Shown: positions 33,601 to 44,600 of the stretch, piece after piece
Numbering within the stretch: the first letter of the stretch is position 1
Layout: the number at the start of each line of letters is the position of its first letter
Assembly: GCA_964457245.1 (NCBI GenBank)
Contig: CAYWET010000008.1
Span: forward strand, 30,270-94,269
Length of the DNA stretch: 64,000 bases
Direction: 5' to 3'
DNA from: an uncultured Chryseobacterium sp.
GTDB lineage: Bacteria > Bacteroidota > Bacteroidia > UBA10329
Made by a program: the position numbers and the translations under genes
Notes under the pieces: generated by a model
Told to the model about the DNA's origin: nothing
What the model saw: the letters and a program-made list of their open reading frames with translations, nothing else
Databases searched by the model: none

Positions 33601-34882
33601 ATTTTCGCTTGATCCGGAGACAGGTACTCTGGTACTCAAACCTTTTGCTGGAGCCTGCTATACCGTACCATTCGATTGCTTTAACTTCTGCGATAAGGCT
33701 TATCCAGGAATAATCGTAGATGATGTGGTATCGTCAGAAGCCACAGAGTATGCGCACGATTGGAAGCAAGAGATTAATTGCGAACTGGAGAGTACTGTAG
33801 GTTATTGGTATCCGGAAAACCGCAATGATTTTGAAGACTCGGAAAAGGGCAAATGGCGTCCGTCTTCACAGAATGTTTATCGTACAGGTATTGAAAGTAT
33901 CGATGCTCCGCTTACAGGCTTGAGTACTGAGCGTAGTTACAACACGGGAATGTATCCATTAGAAGTGTTCAACTGGAAGCACCCACAAGGAAACAATGTG
34001 GATAAATGGTTGCAAACCTCTAAGGTTACGCGTTATTCACGCCACGGAAATGCAGAAGAAGAGAAGGATATCATGGGAATCTACAGCAGTGCCAAGTTCG
34101 GTTACGACAGAACCCTTCCATATGTCATAGCTAAGAATGCACCGTATAATTCGGTTTATTTTGAAAGTTTTGAAAAGAGTTATTCCTCAAGGTGTGCGCC
34201 TAATTCAAATACGATCAATGTCCTTGTAGAGGATGAAGTTTTACTCGATTCGGATGCTGGATACCTTCTGACAAGTTGGGGTCATTCTGGAAAAGGGTCT
34301 TTGAAGTTATTGTCTGATGGTTTTGATATTACAGGCTTTGAAGTGTCTCCTCAGCATCAATCAGTTGGTAGCGTTTGCAAACTTTGGGTATTCACTGATC
34401 GGTCTATTTCGCAGGTTCCAGTTCCTTCTCGGGAAGACATCTTGGATAACTTGGGCATAAAAGTGCTTGACCAGACAGGCACAGAGGTTAATGATGTTGG
34501 TTTTGAATTTGTGGCGGAGGTCGGGCAGTGGACGTTATTGAAATCCTATTTGGATCCAATGCCGATGCAATCGTTCGCACAAGGCGATCAGTTCAGTACG
34601 TTGCTTTATTATACGAATATCGATCCGAATTCAACCGCAATAATTGTCGATGATATTCGGATTCAGCCTGCTGATGCAAGCTCCAATGCATACGTCTATG
34701 ATCCCGGTAGCCAAAGGCTGGTTGCCAGTTTGGATGATCAGAATTTTGCGTTGATATACCAGTATAATGACGAGGGCAAGCTTACCAGAAAAATGAAGGA
34801 AACAGAGAGGGGAGTAAGAACCTTGCAAGAAACGCAATACCATACCCCTAGAGAAACCAGTAGGCCAGACGTTGTTCCTTGA
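27680..34882 (+). CDS. Giant YD-repeat protein, TcB/SpvB-like first half of a split RHS shell
   Basis: Signal peptide (SAFA|LTGG). N-terminal LVNDFSGDFTYNLPVL..SLSYHSG..ASWVGYGWTL; GGGVRVKRL; SVGYSQVIV. C-terminal DDIRIQP..AYVYDP..LDDQNF..YQYNDEGKL. Confidence 0.8.
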   Translation: MIFIWLRKHRRFTQVMSMTVAFNLVFQLCLPSAFALTGGPSQPEFSSFEPVATTNLVNDFSGDFTYNLPVLQIPGPDGSAYAMSLSYHSGASPNDEASWVGYGWTLNPGAINRNVRGFPDDWKGEKITYHHKAPDNITVALSGGFSVEAFSIGGSWNGSMRLNSYTGFGTSSSFGVSFGGVVSLGYHYGDGDGSFSLSVNPAAALKSLSKKSKGKQKDGNTDKEPAKTKKLTKAQKKTRDKITSKTMGIANISLVGGNGLFTYGNAARPSVVSPYKGFSTTVSLELTGTIAPVQVGLGGSVSGQYNWQSQVNPDNGQFHTDETVYGYMYSSEAEGNRNAIMDYTVEKEQTFNKRDLNLSIPINNADVYSVTGEGLAGGFRMFSKEAGTFRPNYKKNLTISAEVGVDLDLGWNNGGGASLGASGHRLSVEKWETHGTHSFSNSLEKGENENVVFRFNNDLGGVLDRGAGSDNLQRASLYTVSGVGGSKSFKANVGGISNEIIEDAEHDRVGRASYIGFTLNEDLLDAGTVPHTAIRYKAYDKAAELVDSDLTANREAASGQIGEFAVTNETGLTYNYGLPVYAKNEREISVDVFEKTIQPDRYIVTGSENGSKAKVGEERNAPYASAYLLTSITTPDYVDRSHNGPSLDDFGGYTKFSYERVRGGNGSWYKWRLPYGGMIYQPNSLSDPKDDLASFQEGEKELYFLKQVETRTHYAKFITGDRKDGHQAQPNASQDANPAVSGSSAQKRLMRIELYAGHPDDNLPDELIRTVHFEYDYHLCQGTLNSEPGGLNGGGKLSLKRVWFEHGGVVHASVAPYEFQYSYPNVNYPSPYNNTAIDTHGSQFTSIQQNPNYSPQGLDAWGNYQVDGESRYQNMQRWVDQTPPATFDPAAWQLKAIKLPSGGEIHVQYEQADYSYVQDRPTHALVSLIANPIDLSNPPALGRRTFSLDVSDVIDPTDSAYQEKLDVIGQLIRQEYIIPRKRMFFKFLYRLNGFSNDAPQIDHCNADYISGYCRVRSVSTTGGQLTVELGADQGVSTYMLPRQVCLDFVETQRQGMLNSNPHCDPTGNTSIFGDPNDPGTGFENVFNYMASELLGGFSAAMHCIELNHELSYLRIPIVDKKGGGVRVKRLLMYDEGLEPIANSTDDAGRVLLGSEYIYRKYDESIGAWVSSGVATNEPGIIREENPLVTDLPRGQQSALDRIISGKDRDQMEGPIGESLLPGPSVGYSQVIVRNIHSGITNPGYSVREFYTAKDYPFDHEETEIEKRKDFMPLTLGVVNYIVNNIWLTQGYLFKLNQMHGKTKSSRSYAGDYSSVFANPDEPNPDAGTLISYEETEYFQPEDQVPVLTSLRELVNPEADLLRMSLGREMDITTESRVVRDLNDGGSLEFDADFGMFGMFPVPFASVFPSYSKSTAEMHQHVTSKVVWYPAIEKKKTVMRDGIVTSTENVAFDPRTGKPIVTRSYDGHHDMTLGNSQNPHQGYFTSYSVPGWQEYTNLDQKAWNEKRRVLSTPNLTIDLNIDNDNGPYLDLEGDVCDALDKFTIGDQLEVYDDAEVYGVFHIEDIWANRIELAPLSYDGMQADWASPTWNPHEWNWASFGGGVEEVDVQVLRSGRTNQLGTTVGSFTTYGEKETHVHLETLQEVDPLYSQKQQFVAELNAALVSGGTVDATGMELVGPDGVCFELQEPINVSSDGTEANIQMPVVNAPTTSSNFVVNGTFDGTCTITENQSCIAENNGYTEYIIDGSPNCIPSWGNIYEIEPYYIDPSEIWDTTHFFYYQEDSPDPRIVQTNNESVLYLTVDRIGLVYRVLNDSSGIFEYQSTVGVYQDFQSPLTSGNYSLMFDYAGENLNMQSLWVNLLNIQDTTHFEAYSQEQVEHITNSFLYEDSTSVFQGVFIMPLIPPYTSLSCSENLQFQQYSYQFTIPPALNGLLDRLTFTTNMDTSSGDGFFIDNVVLVKEGEDETGCNFNVSADAEFSLDPETGTLVLKPFAGACYTVPFDCFNFCDKAYPGIIVDDVVSSEATEYAHDWKQEINCELESTVGYWYPENRNDFEDSEKGKWRPSSQNVYRTGIESIDAPLTGLSTERSYNTGMYPLEVFNWKHPQGNNVDKWLQTSKVTRYSRHGNAEEEKDIMGIYSSAKFGYDRTLPYVIAKNAPYNSVYFESFEKSYSSRCAPNSNTINVLVEDEVLLDSDAGYLLTSWGHSGKGSLKLLSDGFDITGFEVSPQHQSVGSVCKLWVFTDRSISQVPVPSREDILDNLGIKVLDQTGTEVNDVGFEFVAEVGQWTLLKSYLDPMPMQSFAQGDQFSTLLYYTNIDPNSTAIIVDDIRIQPADASSNAYVYDPGSQRLVASLDDQNFALIYQYNDEGKLTRKMKETERGVRTLQETQYHTPRETSRPDVVP

Positions 34883-35655
34883 TGAGATACCGTATTTCAA
34901 ATATGATATTACTTGTTCTGTTGTCTGTTTTGAACTGCAGTTTCGCCTCATTTGATGAGGTAGATACTGGTCGTTTGAATATTCTGGATGAGCAAGATTG
35001 TGAAGCGCTGATTCGAGAGGCTTGGCAGACCACGTATCATCACCAGCCTGTTGACGGAAAGGGTCTTAGGCTGGTAATGAACACAAAGGTTCAAGCATCA
35101 ATGAGTGGTGTTGAACCAATCGATGTTACACAGGAGTTGGTCACGGATGGTTCCAGAAAGTACCTGTTCAATCAGCATTTCGATGTTTTGGAAGATCCGG
35201 AGGTTACGGTTCAAATTACCAAGCCGGCCAAAGAGATTCTGATCAGACCTACAAAATCGCGAGATAGGGCATTACAGAGCTACCGTTCCAATATGTTGAC
35301 GGTGTTAGATACAATGCTGACCCTCTCATCAATTGGAAAATGCGAAAAACTCAAATCTGGAACTTATGTAAGCCTTCAGTTGACAGATGAGGGAAAACAA
35401 TTGTTTCGGGTAGATGAAGTGCTTATTGTAGTGAAGAAACTTCATGGCCTTACGCTGGCATCTAAGATGGAGGTCATTTACTCTAAAGATCACCCTAGGT
35501 TGGAGAGAAGCGTTATGGAGTTGGTGTCGTTTACGCCACATCAGCAACTCGATTTCAGGTTAAAAAAGGCGCCATTGGGTCATTTGTATGATAAGGATGG
35601 AAAACTGAACAATAAATATCAAGGGTGGGAGATCATTGATCAACGACCAGAGTAA
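34879..35655 (+). CDS. Exported hypothetical protein (possibly LolA-like fold)
   Basis: Signal peptide; beta-rich pattern; ends KYQGWEIIDQR; lies between the two giant genes. Confidence 0.6.
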   Translation: MMRYRISNMILLVLLSVLNCSFASFDEVDTGRLNILDEQDCEALIREAWQTTYHHQPVDGKGLRLVMNTKVQASMSGVEPIDVTQELVTDGSRKYLFNQHFDVLEDPEVTVQITKPAKEILIRPTKSRDRALQSYRSNMLTVLDTMLTLSSIGKCEKLKSGTYVSLQLTDEGKQLFRVDEVLIVVKKLHGLTLASKMEVIYSKDHPRLERSVMELVSFTPHQQLDFRLKKAPLGHLYDKDGKLNNKYQGWEIIDQRPE

Positions 35656-35680
35656 AGTTGAACGAACAAAAGCATTTTGT

Positions 35681-38600
35681 ATGATTCTAGAGAAAGGACA
35701 TAAAGGTCGTAGTTATCTGTTCGTTTTAAGTTTCTTAGGGCTTGCGGTTATTTGGTTATCGGTGTTTTCGACTGAGGCCCTCGCTCAGTCATTTGTTGAT
35801 CCTCAAAGCCCGCAGGTTTTCGTTTACGATAACGATGCTTTACTGGATGTTAACAATTCGACCGATTTCTGTCCTGCTATTAATCATGTAATTGGAAATC
35901 CAAGTTTTAGCCCATGTCTTGACTTTAGCTATCCTCAGGATTATGGACGATTTGAGCTGATACTGAGTTTAGACTTTGGCGAAGACTATGATCTTGGCAA
36001 TGAGCCTGTATCTGCATCATTGGAAGTGAATGTGATATTCTCAGATGGATCACCTTGCTTACAGATTCCTGAAACCTACTATCCATTCGATAATCCAGGT
36101 CAAGAAACGATGGTTTCGGCCACCTTGGAGATTGATCAGAATCAACCTGAACAATACTTTCCGATCGGTAATCGGGTATTGACAAGTGATATTCGAAACA
36201 TCGGTATTGAAGTCGTTTCTTACAACGTTAGCGGTGGTCAGCCGGCTACCAATGCGGTTCGATTTAAACTGGAATACCGTCCAAAGATTCTGATCAAACC
36301 TTTGGTTTATCCAACAAACCTTTCCGCCACTCATCAGGGCGGGGATGTATATGAGTTTTCATGGACCAATAGCTGTAATGTGGGAATGCCAGGTCATGAG
36401 TTGCAATTGCTTCATCTAGTAAATCGAACCAATATGCCCGGAAATAATTACGGCAGCGGAGACCCTATTAGCGCACCCGTTGATTGGTCTAAGTCGTTGA
36501 CCATACCAATGGACGGATCGCAGAGCAATATTAAGCTTAGCGTTGCTGAGGGGCCGGGTTACTATGCGTGGAGGGTAAGACCAATAGGGAATGTTTCCGG
36601 AGGTCATGCAAGTGCATCAGATTGGGGAACTTGGTCGGATCACTCAGGAGTGGTGGATGGAAGTACGGTTAACCCAAGCCAATTATCCGTGCCATATGTT
36701 TTTGAATTCGATCCAATTGATGCGGATAAAAATTTCATCTATAGCAGAGCTTTTGTTGAAGGAGATGGCGTTAATACGCCTATTCGGATTGGTGAGAACA
36801 TGACGTATGCAAATGGTTTGAACCAGGTTCAGCAGCAGCAAAGCCATTTAAATGGACAGGATCAGATAATAACTACCCAAACCTTAACGGATTTGGCAGG
36901 AAGACCTTCACTGACTACACTTCCCGTCCCGCTGAGTGGTCAGTCATTCTTAGCTTATAAGGATGGATTTTTACAGAAAGATAACGGTGGAACACTGCGT
37001 GCGGAAGATTATGACCTAGGTTCAAATGTTGGCAACCCACCACATGTGGAGTTAGATGATGATACCTATTACGAAAGTAATTCGGATGCTACCATTCCGT
37101 ACGCCCAAGGTTATCCTTTTAGTAGAACCATTCATTATCCGGATGGAGGCGATCGCCCAATGCGTCAGTCCGGACCAGGTGATGTGCATCGTTTAAGGAG
37201 TTCAGAGGACAGAACAGTTAGGATCAACTATGCCAATGTTACAGAAAATGAATTGATACGGGTTTTTGGAGATGAGGCTCCAGATGCCGCAACCGTTTAC
37301 AAGGTGATAACCACCGACCCCAACGCCAGCGCCAGCGTCCAGTATGTGGAAATGACCGGCAAGACGATCGCAACCTGCTTATCCTCATCAGGTGGAAATC
37401 CTCGTTTAATTTCTCTTGATAGCGAACCAGAGGTTCCGGACTTTGATGTTACTGGGATAATTGAGGAACTAGGATATCAGGGTAGTTATGCGCGTATGGG
37501 CAGCCAGACTCTGGTGCTCACGCAAGAAACAACCGTAACCTTTAACTTTTCTCTAACGCCCAAGACGGTCGAAAGCGCCTGTACGGAACTGGGTATATGC
37601 AAGACCTGCGATTATGAAGTAGAAATTTTGTTGGTCAGTGTAGATGACCCGAGTGATATTGTAGTTGTACCAAGCGATCCACCAAACAATCCCAGCGATC
37701 CGATGATTGAAACGCTCGGCTCTTACAACCCAACTAATATAGAACCTCTTCCAGAGTTAACAGACCCAGAGGGTCCGATGGATTGTCCTACTGGTATGGG
37801 TACATTCGGTGTTTCGGGTCAATCTGTTTTGGTAGAGCCAGGTGGATATAATGTCGTCCTCGTTATTCATTCAGCTAACGAAGGCTCACCGCTCGAAATG
37901 GCGAATATTCTTGAAGAGCACTTGTCGGACTTAAGAAGTGTTTATGACGAAACGTTTAGCGACTATTTAGAGAACAGCCCAGTGGTCAATGGAACGCCAT
38001 TGTTCGACTACTTGTTTCACCCTAATGACCCTGAGGCTCTTCCAGATATCGATGGCTTTTACACAGCGCTTGAGGATTACAGTTTAAGTAGTGCCAATCT
38101 GAATGCTCAAGGAGAGCTCATATCATACACCCTAGAAATTGAAGAGCTTTGTCTGGAGATTGAAATTCCTTACTTGGCCTGTGAATCGGTTCTAAATACC
38201 CCAGATGGTACGCGAACCTGCGATCCGCAATCTGCGCCCCCCGGGCTTGGGTTCATCGATTACTTTATTGATTACTGGACTAATCAAACTGGAGATATGG
38301 AGGATTTGGTTCCCGCTGCTATGTTGGATGAAGATGGAAATGCGTTAGGACATTACCCATTCCTTTATTCCCAATACTTGAACATGGCCTTCGTGGTTCC
38401 TGGCACAACGGCTTCGTCCGGGTTACCCCCAGGAACGGAAGGAGATTTTGAAGAAGTACTTGCAAATTTAGCTGCAGACATGCAACAGAATCAAGTGGAC
38501 TGTCCCAATGGAGATTGTTGTGAATATATCTGGGAATGCTGGATGTCAGTTACCGCAGCCTATGGTGGCATGCTTCAAATAGGAGGCGGGGACGGACAAA

Positions 38601-41600
38601 CAGGCGAAGTTGACCTAGAGGAGGAAGCCTCTGACATTGAGATGCCGGATGGTGTGGACAACCCAATGAGTAATGATATGGGCTACCCTGATCTACCAAG
38701 AATGTTGTTTGAATGCATTGGATGGCAATATTCAAATGATCCAGCTGGTCAGGTGGTAACAGACGACCCCGATCTGTACACTGAACATCCGTACAAATAC
38801 ATCTATTATCCATTCACCGATGATACTTATACGTATAATCCTTGTGTTGACCAATACATAGCTAGAGACCCATATCACATACTATACAATAGTACCTATG
38901 GTATATGTGCTTCAGATAATGATGTTGCAACAGCTCCATTACTGGTGGTTCCTGAAGACGAGAACACTTGGCAGATTTGTTTGGATGACCCTTACGACCT
39001 GGCCAATTATGCCGACCTTGAAGGTTTTGAAGAACCAATTGGTACCACATTGCAAGGAGAAAGCTACACAATAAGCAATGCTTGGGAGGCCTTTAAGAGT
39101 TGCTTGGAGAGTGAGCCAGATGAAGGGTTTTCTGTATATGTGAACGGCCAAGCTACCGAAGAAGGAGCGGTAGAGGCTACGGCTGAAAATCTGAACATCA
39201 ATTGCGAGGAAGTATGTGAGAGTAGAAGAGAGTCTTTCAGATTAGCGCTTATTGATGCTTATCACCAAGAAGGTATTTATGTTCAAGGAGATCAATATGA
39301 GTTGATTCCAACCAGTTACCCTGATCCAGAGGCCAGCCCGGCTCAGGTTTGGGGCGCAGCAGAGTTAACTTCTGAGGAATTGCAGCAAATTGAAGAGGGT
39401 TACTCTCAGGGCTACGAAGTAAATACGAATCTATTACTCGATCCAGATTGGATGGAAACATATGATTACATACCGAATTCTCAACTTGAGTGTATGGTTC
39501 AATCGCTGGTTGAGCATTGTATGGAAGGGTGTACTTTCGAATACGATGAGAACTCGCCTGATAGTTTTAAGGATCAGTTTCTAGCTCAACTACCTGAATT
39601 ACAGCAAGGGGCATTACATGCTTTTACGTCTCCGTTTGAAGTAGCGTTTACGGATAACGGTTCTTGCCCGGCAATCTTGGCGGAGGATCCAGTACAAAGA
39701 GATTTTAGTACCATCTCAGCCATGACCTCAACTACCACTGAAATGAGTTTTACTGGAGATGACCGAGCGTACCGAAGTCAGAGTTTTGAATTGGGAACAG
39801 ATGGAGTTTTGTTGAATGGATTCTTGTATCTACTCGGAACCGTAGATGAACTGGCTTCGAGCGGTTTAGAATTTGCCGCCCCAAATTGGGCTGGTACTAA
39901 CGCTGAGGCTAATATTTGGTTGGTAAAGGCGGATCCGAACACTATGGATGTGGTAGACAAATGGGTTTATGGAGGAAATGGCACTGTCGCAAACAAAGGC
40001 GATTGGGGCTCAAAACTACTCACTGATGGTACCAACCTTTACATAGTTGGAGGAACTGGTTCGTCAAACTTGGACAGATACAACGTTGGAGCTAGTGAAA
40101 TATGCGATTGTCCTATATACGGCCCAGACGCTGCTGGGAACTATAGTTCTGACATATGGATTTTGAAGGTGAATCAAAATGGAACGTTGTTGAAAGCAAA
40201 AACCTTCGGTGGGAATCGTTTGGAATGGCCAACGGATGCCATGATATCTGAAAATGGTCAATTGGTTGTGTTTGCTTATTCACAATCATCAGCAAATGGT
40301 CTTGTAAAGTTTTCGGATGCTGGTCTTAATGGTTCAACTCCGGTTGTTCATTCCTGGGTCTTTGGTATTGATATTAATGATGGTTCGGATTGGGATGTTT
40401 TATGGGATCAGGCTATTGGAGCATACTCGGAAGGAGAGGTATATAATTCCAATGAAGCTTTGATAATGCCAACTGCATTACATGTTGAATCGCAAGGAAC
40501 TGATAACGATGTTTATGTATCCGCATGGACAGCTGGTCAGGACGTAAATGCAAATAATTTTGATTATTCAGTTCTGTATAAATTTAGTACCAGTACGGTT
40601 ACTCTCCCTTCACCCCCAACAAATAATTTCAATGTTTTTACTCAAACACAGAAGTTAGGAGGCAATGAAAGCGTAATTAGTGATATCAACGCTCATTCGG
40701 ATGGTGGGTTGATATTGGCTGGCAGCACAATGGCGCCAGCGGACTTTAGGTTGGACGATTATCGGATTGAGGGTGTGTTAAGTGGCACAACCGATCCATT
40801 CGATTTAAATTCTGACCTGTGGCTTTTAAAGCTTAACGCGGACTTATCTTATTCTTGGGATCGCTGTTACGGGTCTGTGGTTGGTGAGGGGAGTTGTTTT
40901 TACCCTGGTCATCAATCTGGGGATCTAGCGGTACTGAATTATTTTGTGAATCAAAGCTCGAATGCGAGAATATTTAATAGCCAATACGGGGAATATGTGT
41001 TGGTTACAACAGCAGAGAACACGGATGAGGTTACCTTATCCCAAGGGGGTGTTAGGACGCATCCTGGCGCAGGAAACGCAACGCCTGAATCTCTTGATTA
41101 TTGGGTGGTTTTAGTTGATGACGAAGGTGGTTTTATCAGCGATATTGCCATTGGTGGAGATGTGCCTTCGGCTCAGGCTCAAAGTTCTTATGAGTTTTCT
41201 TCTGCCGTCATCGGCCTGAATGATGAAACCATAGCCGTCTTTGGAACATCAACCTCCGACATTGGTGCAGACAGAACATGGTCGGCAGGTGGCGAATACG
41301 ATATGTGGCTAGTGACAGTTGACCTAGGGCGATGCACCCACCCAGATTTCTGCTTCCGATGGTTGGACTTCCCGATAATTGAAGGGGAAGACGTGGAGCC
41401 GGAAGAGTGCGAGGACATCTCCGCTCAATCCATATTGAATAGCGTCTATTCGCAGGTTCAAATTCATAAAGAGGAGGCAGTAGAGGAGTTTGAAGAAGAA
41501 TATATGGTACAATGTGTGGATGATATTGAATTCACCTTCGATTACAACTACAAGGTCGGATACCACCATTACACGCTTTACTATCACGATAGGGCAGGAA

Positions 41601-44600
41601 ACCTCATTAAAACAGTACCACCAGAAGGTGTCGACAGATTGGATGAAGACGATTTGGACATCCCCGATGATGAGACCACAATGAACCGCCAAACCCATCC
41701 TAAACATAGAATGGTAACTGACTATCAGGCCAATAGTTTAGGACAACCGGTACGCCAGAATACACCTGATGGCGGTAACACGCAGTTCTGGCATAATGCG
41801 TTGGGGCAGCTACGCTTTTCTCAGAATGCCCAACAGGCCATCGATAACGAAGCCGCATATACTAAATATGACAATTTGGGTCGTGTGGTAGAAGTGGGTA
41901 AAGTGGGAACAACCGGGCCAAATGCGGATTTCACTGATTCAGATAACCTCAATGACCCCAACTTCCCATTTGTCAATACATCCGAACGCACGTTCACCTA
42001 TTATACAACACCTGCTAGTAGTTTACCTGCGCCATATGGTAGCCTTCAATTAGAGCAGCGCTACACGCAGAATAGGGTAAGCTATACTCGGACTGAACAT
42101 TTTGCTGGCCCTCAATACCCTGAAAAGTTCACGTACTACTCCTACGATCCACATGGAAATGTAGAATGGCTTATTCAGGAGATTCCCGGTTTGGATGGAG
42201 CCAAACTTATAAAGTATCGGTACGATTTGTTCAGTGGAAATGTACTTCAGGTGTCTTACCAACCTGATGAAGCAGACGCTTTTTATCATCGATATACGTA
42301 TGATGCGGATGGTAGGATAGAACAGGTGGAAACCAGTAGAGATAGCTTGATATGGGAGCGGGATGCTCGGTACGAATACTATGCGCATGGACCGTTGAAG
42401 AGAACGGTTTTGGGTGAGGATAAAGTGCAAGGTCTTGATAATGTTTACACCCTACAGGGATGGCTCAAATCCTTGAATCACCCTTCTCTTGATGATGCCA
42501 GCGACCCTGGTCAAGACGGTAACCACGCGATAAATAATGTGGGTCGAGATGCCTTTGGTATGAGTCTGTATTACCACGAAGGCGATTTTCATCACACAGG
42601 GTCTCCGTTTGATAACCCAGTAAATGGACCAAGTAATCCAGACCCATATTTATTGACCTTGGATAACGAAGGTTTATACAACGGTAACATTGCCGGGTGG
42701 GTGTCCAATATGGATGTGCCAAGCGTTGCACAATGGGATGGATTACAGGCGTGGCAGTACGAGTATGACGTGCTGAATCGAATCAGAACAGCCGACCATT
42801 ATACGCATGATGGAAGCCAATGGTCTTCAACGGTAGATTATGGCACGCAATACACTTATGATGCCAATGGAAACATCAAAACCCTACACCGAATGGGAAG
42901 TGCTGGGCTGGCTATGGACGATCTGGCCTATACATATCAAACCTCTCCCATTGTAAACAACCGCTTGACTATGGTGGTTGATTCAGAACAGGACCCTACT
43001 GCATTCAACACAGATATTGATGGTACACGATATTTCGGTTATGACGATAATGGAAACCTGACTTCCGATTTAGATGGTCAAGGAAATGGCATTGAAACCA
43101 TTGAATGGAATCTACAAGGAAAAATTCAGTCCATAGAGAGAACATCCGGCTCTGATGATGACGACCTGAATTTTGAGTATGATGCAATGGGTAATAGGGT
43201 CATTAAAAGGGTCATTGATCCTAACGACCCCACAATTAAGGAAACCTATTATGTGCGTGATGCTCAGGGAAACATCATGGCCACCTATCAAAGAGAATAC
43301 ACCGTCTGTGGTGGAGGTACAGAAGAGACTATCAAACTTACCGAACGTCCAATTTATGGAAGTTCAAGAATTGGACAGGATGTAAACGAAGTGGTACTTC
43401 GACAAACGGTTTGTAATGGCAACACGCCTCAGTTGCTTCCAAGTAATTCTCCTCGAATTCCAGACCAGCACATCATGTCCATTGTGGGAGATGTCGAGTA
43501 CCGTCAAATCAGTTTCGTATCACCTTGGGGAGGGCTGTTTCAATTTAATATTCCATATCATACAATTCAACGCTATGATGTAACTGGACCTACGCCACAG
43601 TTGACCCAAAGCAGGACCGCTTGGCTGTCCGGTAATATTACCAGCGTTACAGCTGAAGACCATAACGAAAGCTTGGTTTTCACTGGCCTCATTAGTTCCA
43701 ATTTGTTTGGGGTTCGTTTGTATCTATTCGACAATGCAAACATGCCAATTCTAGGAATGCATCACATTACAAAAGTAGCGTCAGGAACCCAGATGCTGGC
43801 CTTGCAATGGGACGATAGCCGTTGGTTGTTATTCACTATGGATCAGACAGGGCAAGTGTTTTATCATGTTATCCAGGTCGCTCCCACCATTCAGGTGATA
43901 TCTTGGGATAACCCGTTGACCGAAACAGGCGGATATGCTAATTGCATGGCATTGATAGCGGATCATTCGGAGACACACCCGTCAAGATTGTACCTCAAAA
44001 GAAGGCAGACCCGAAACACACCTTCAATGTTTTCAAGTATTGGTTTGAGCTTAGGCGGTGCGCTCCCAGCAACAGAGCAGGTTCCCGATCAAGAGGTTAC
44101 CTTCTCAAGCAACATCTTCGGGTTTAGCGGTAGTGGTAGTAGTGAGATTCAGATATCCCCAGATGGTACCAAGCTTGCCGTGGTGGGGCAAACCTCCCAG
44201 CAGGGGTCACTCCCAATTTACCACCCCATTTTCGGACCAATATTTACAAGTGTTTACGTTTCTGCGCTTTATGTGTTCGAGTTGGGAGCTGACCACAGAA
44301 TAGTTAACGCAAATCCAGACCCTTGGATACAGATGTTAGAACTCCAAGGAAACAGAAGGAAAATAAGAAGCTTTGATTTCTCACCTTCAGGAGAAAGCAT
44401 ATACTTTTCGCAAACATCCCTTTCTCAATCGGTACCTCCCGTTCTTAGAAGATGGAACCTCAGCACCAATAATGTAACCGATGTTTTTGCGGAGTACACC
44501 AGTTGTGTACGAAGAGCCGACAATGGAGATATGCATGCCTTGGCACACCCCGATTTTGTGATCATTGATGACCCAGATGGTACACCGCTGGCCTCTACTA

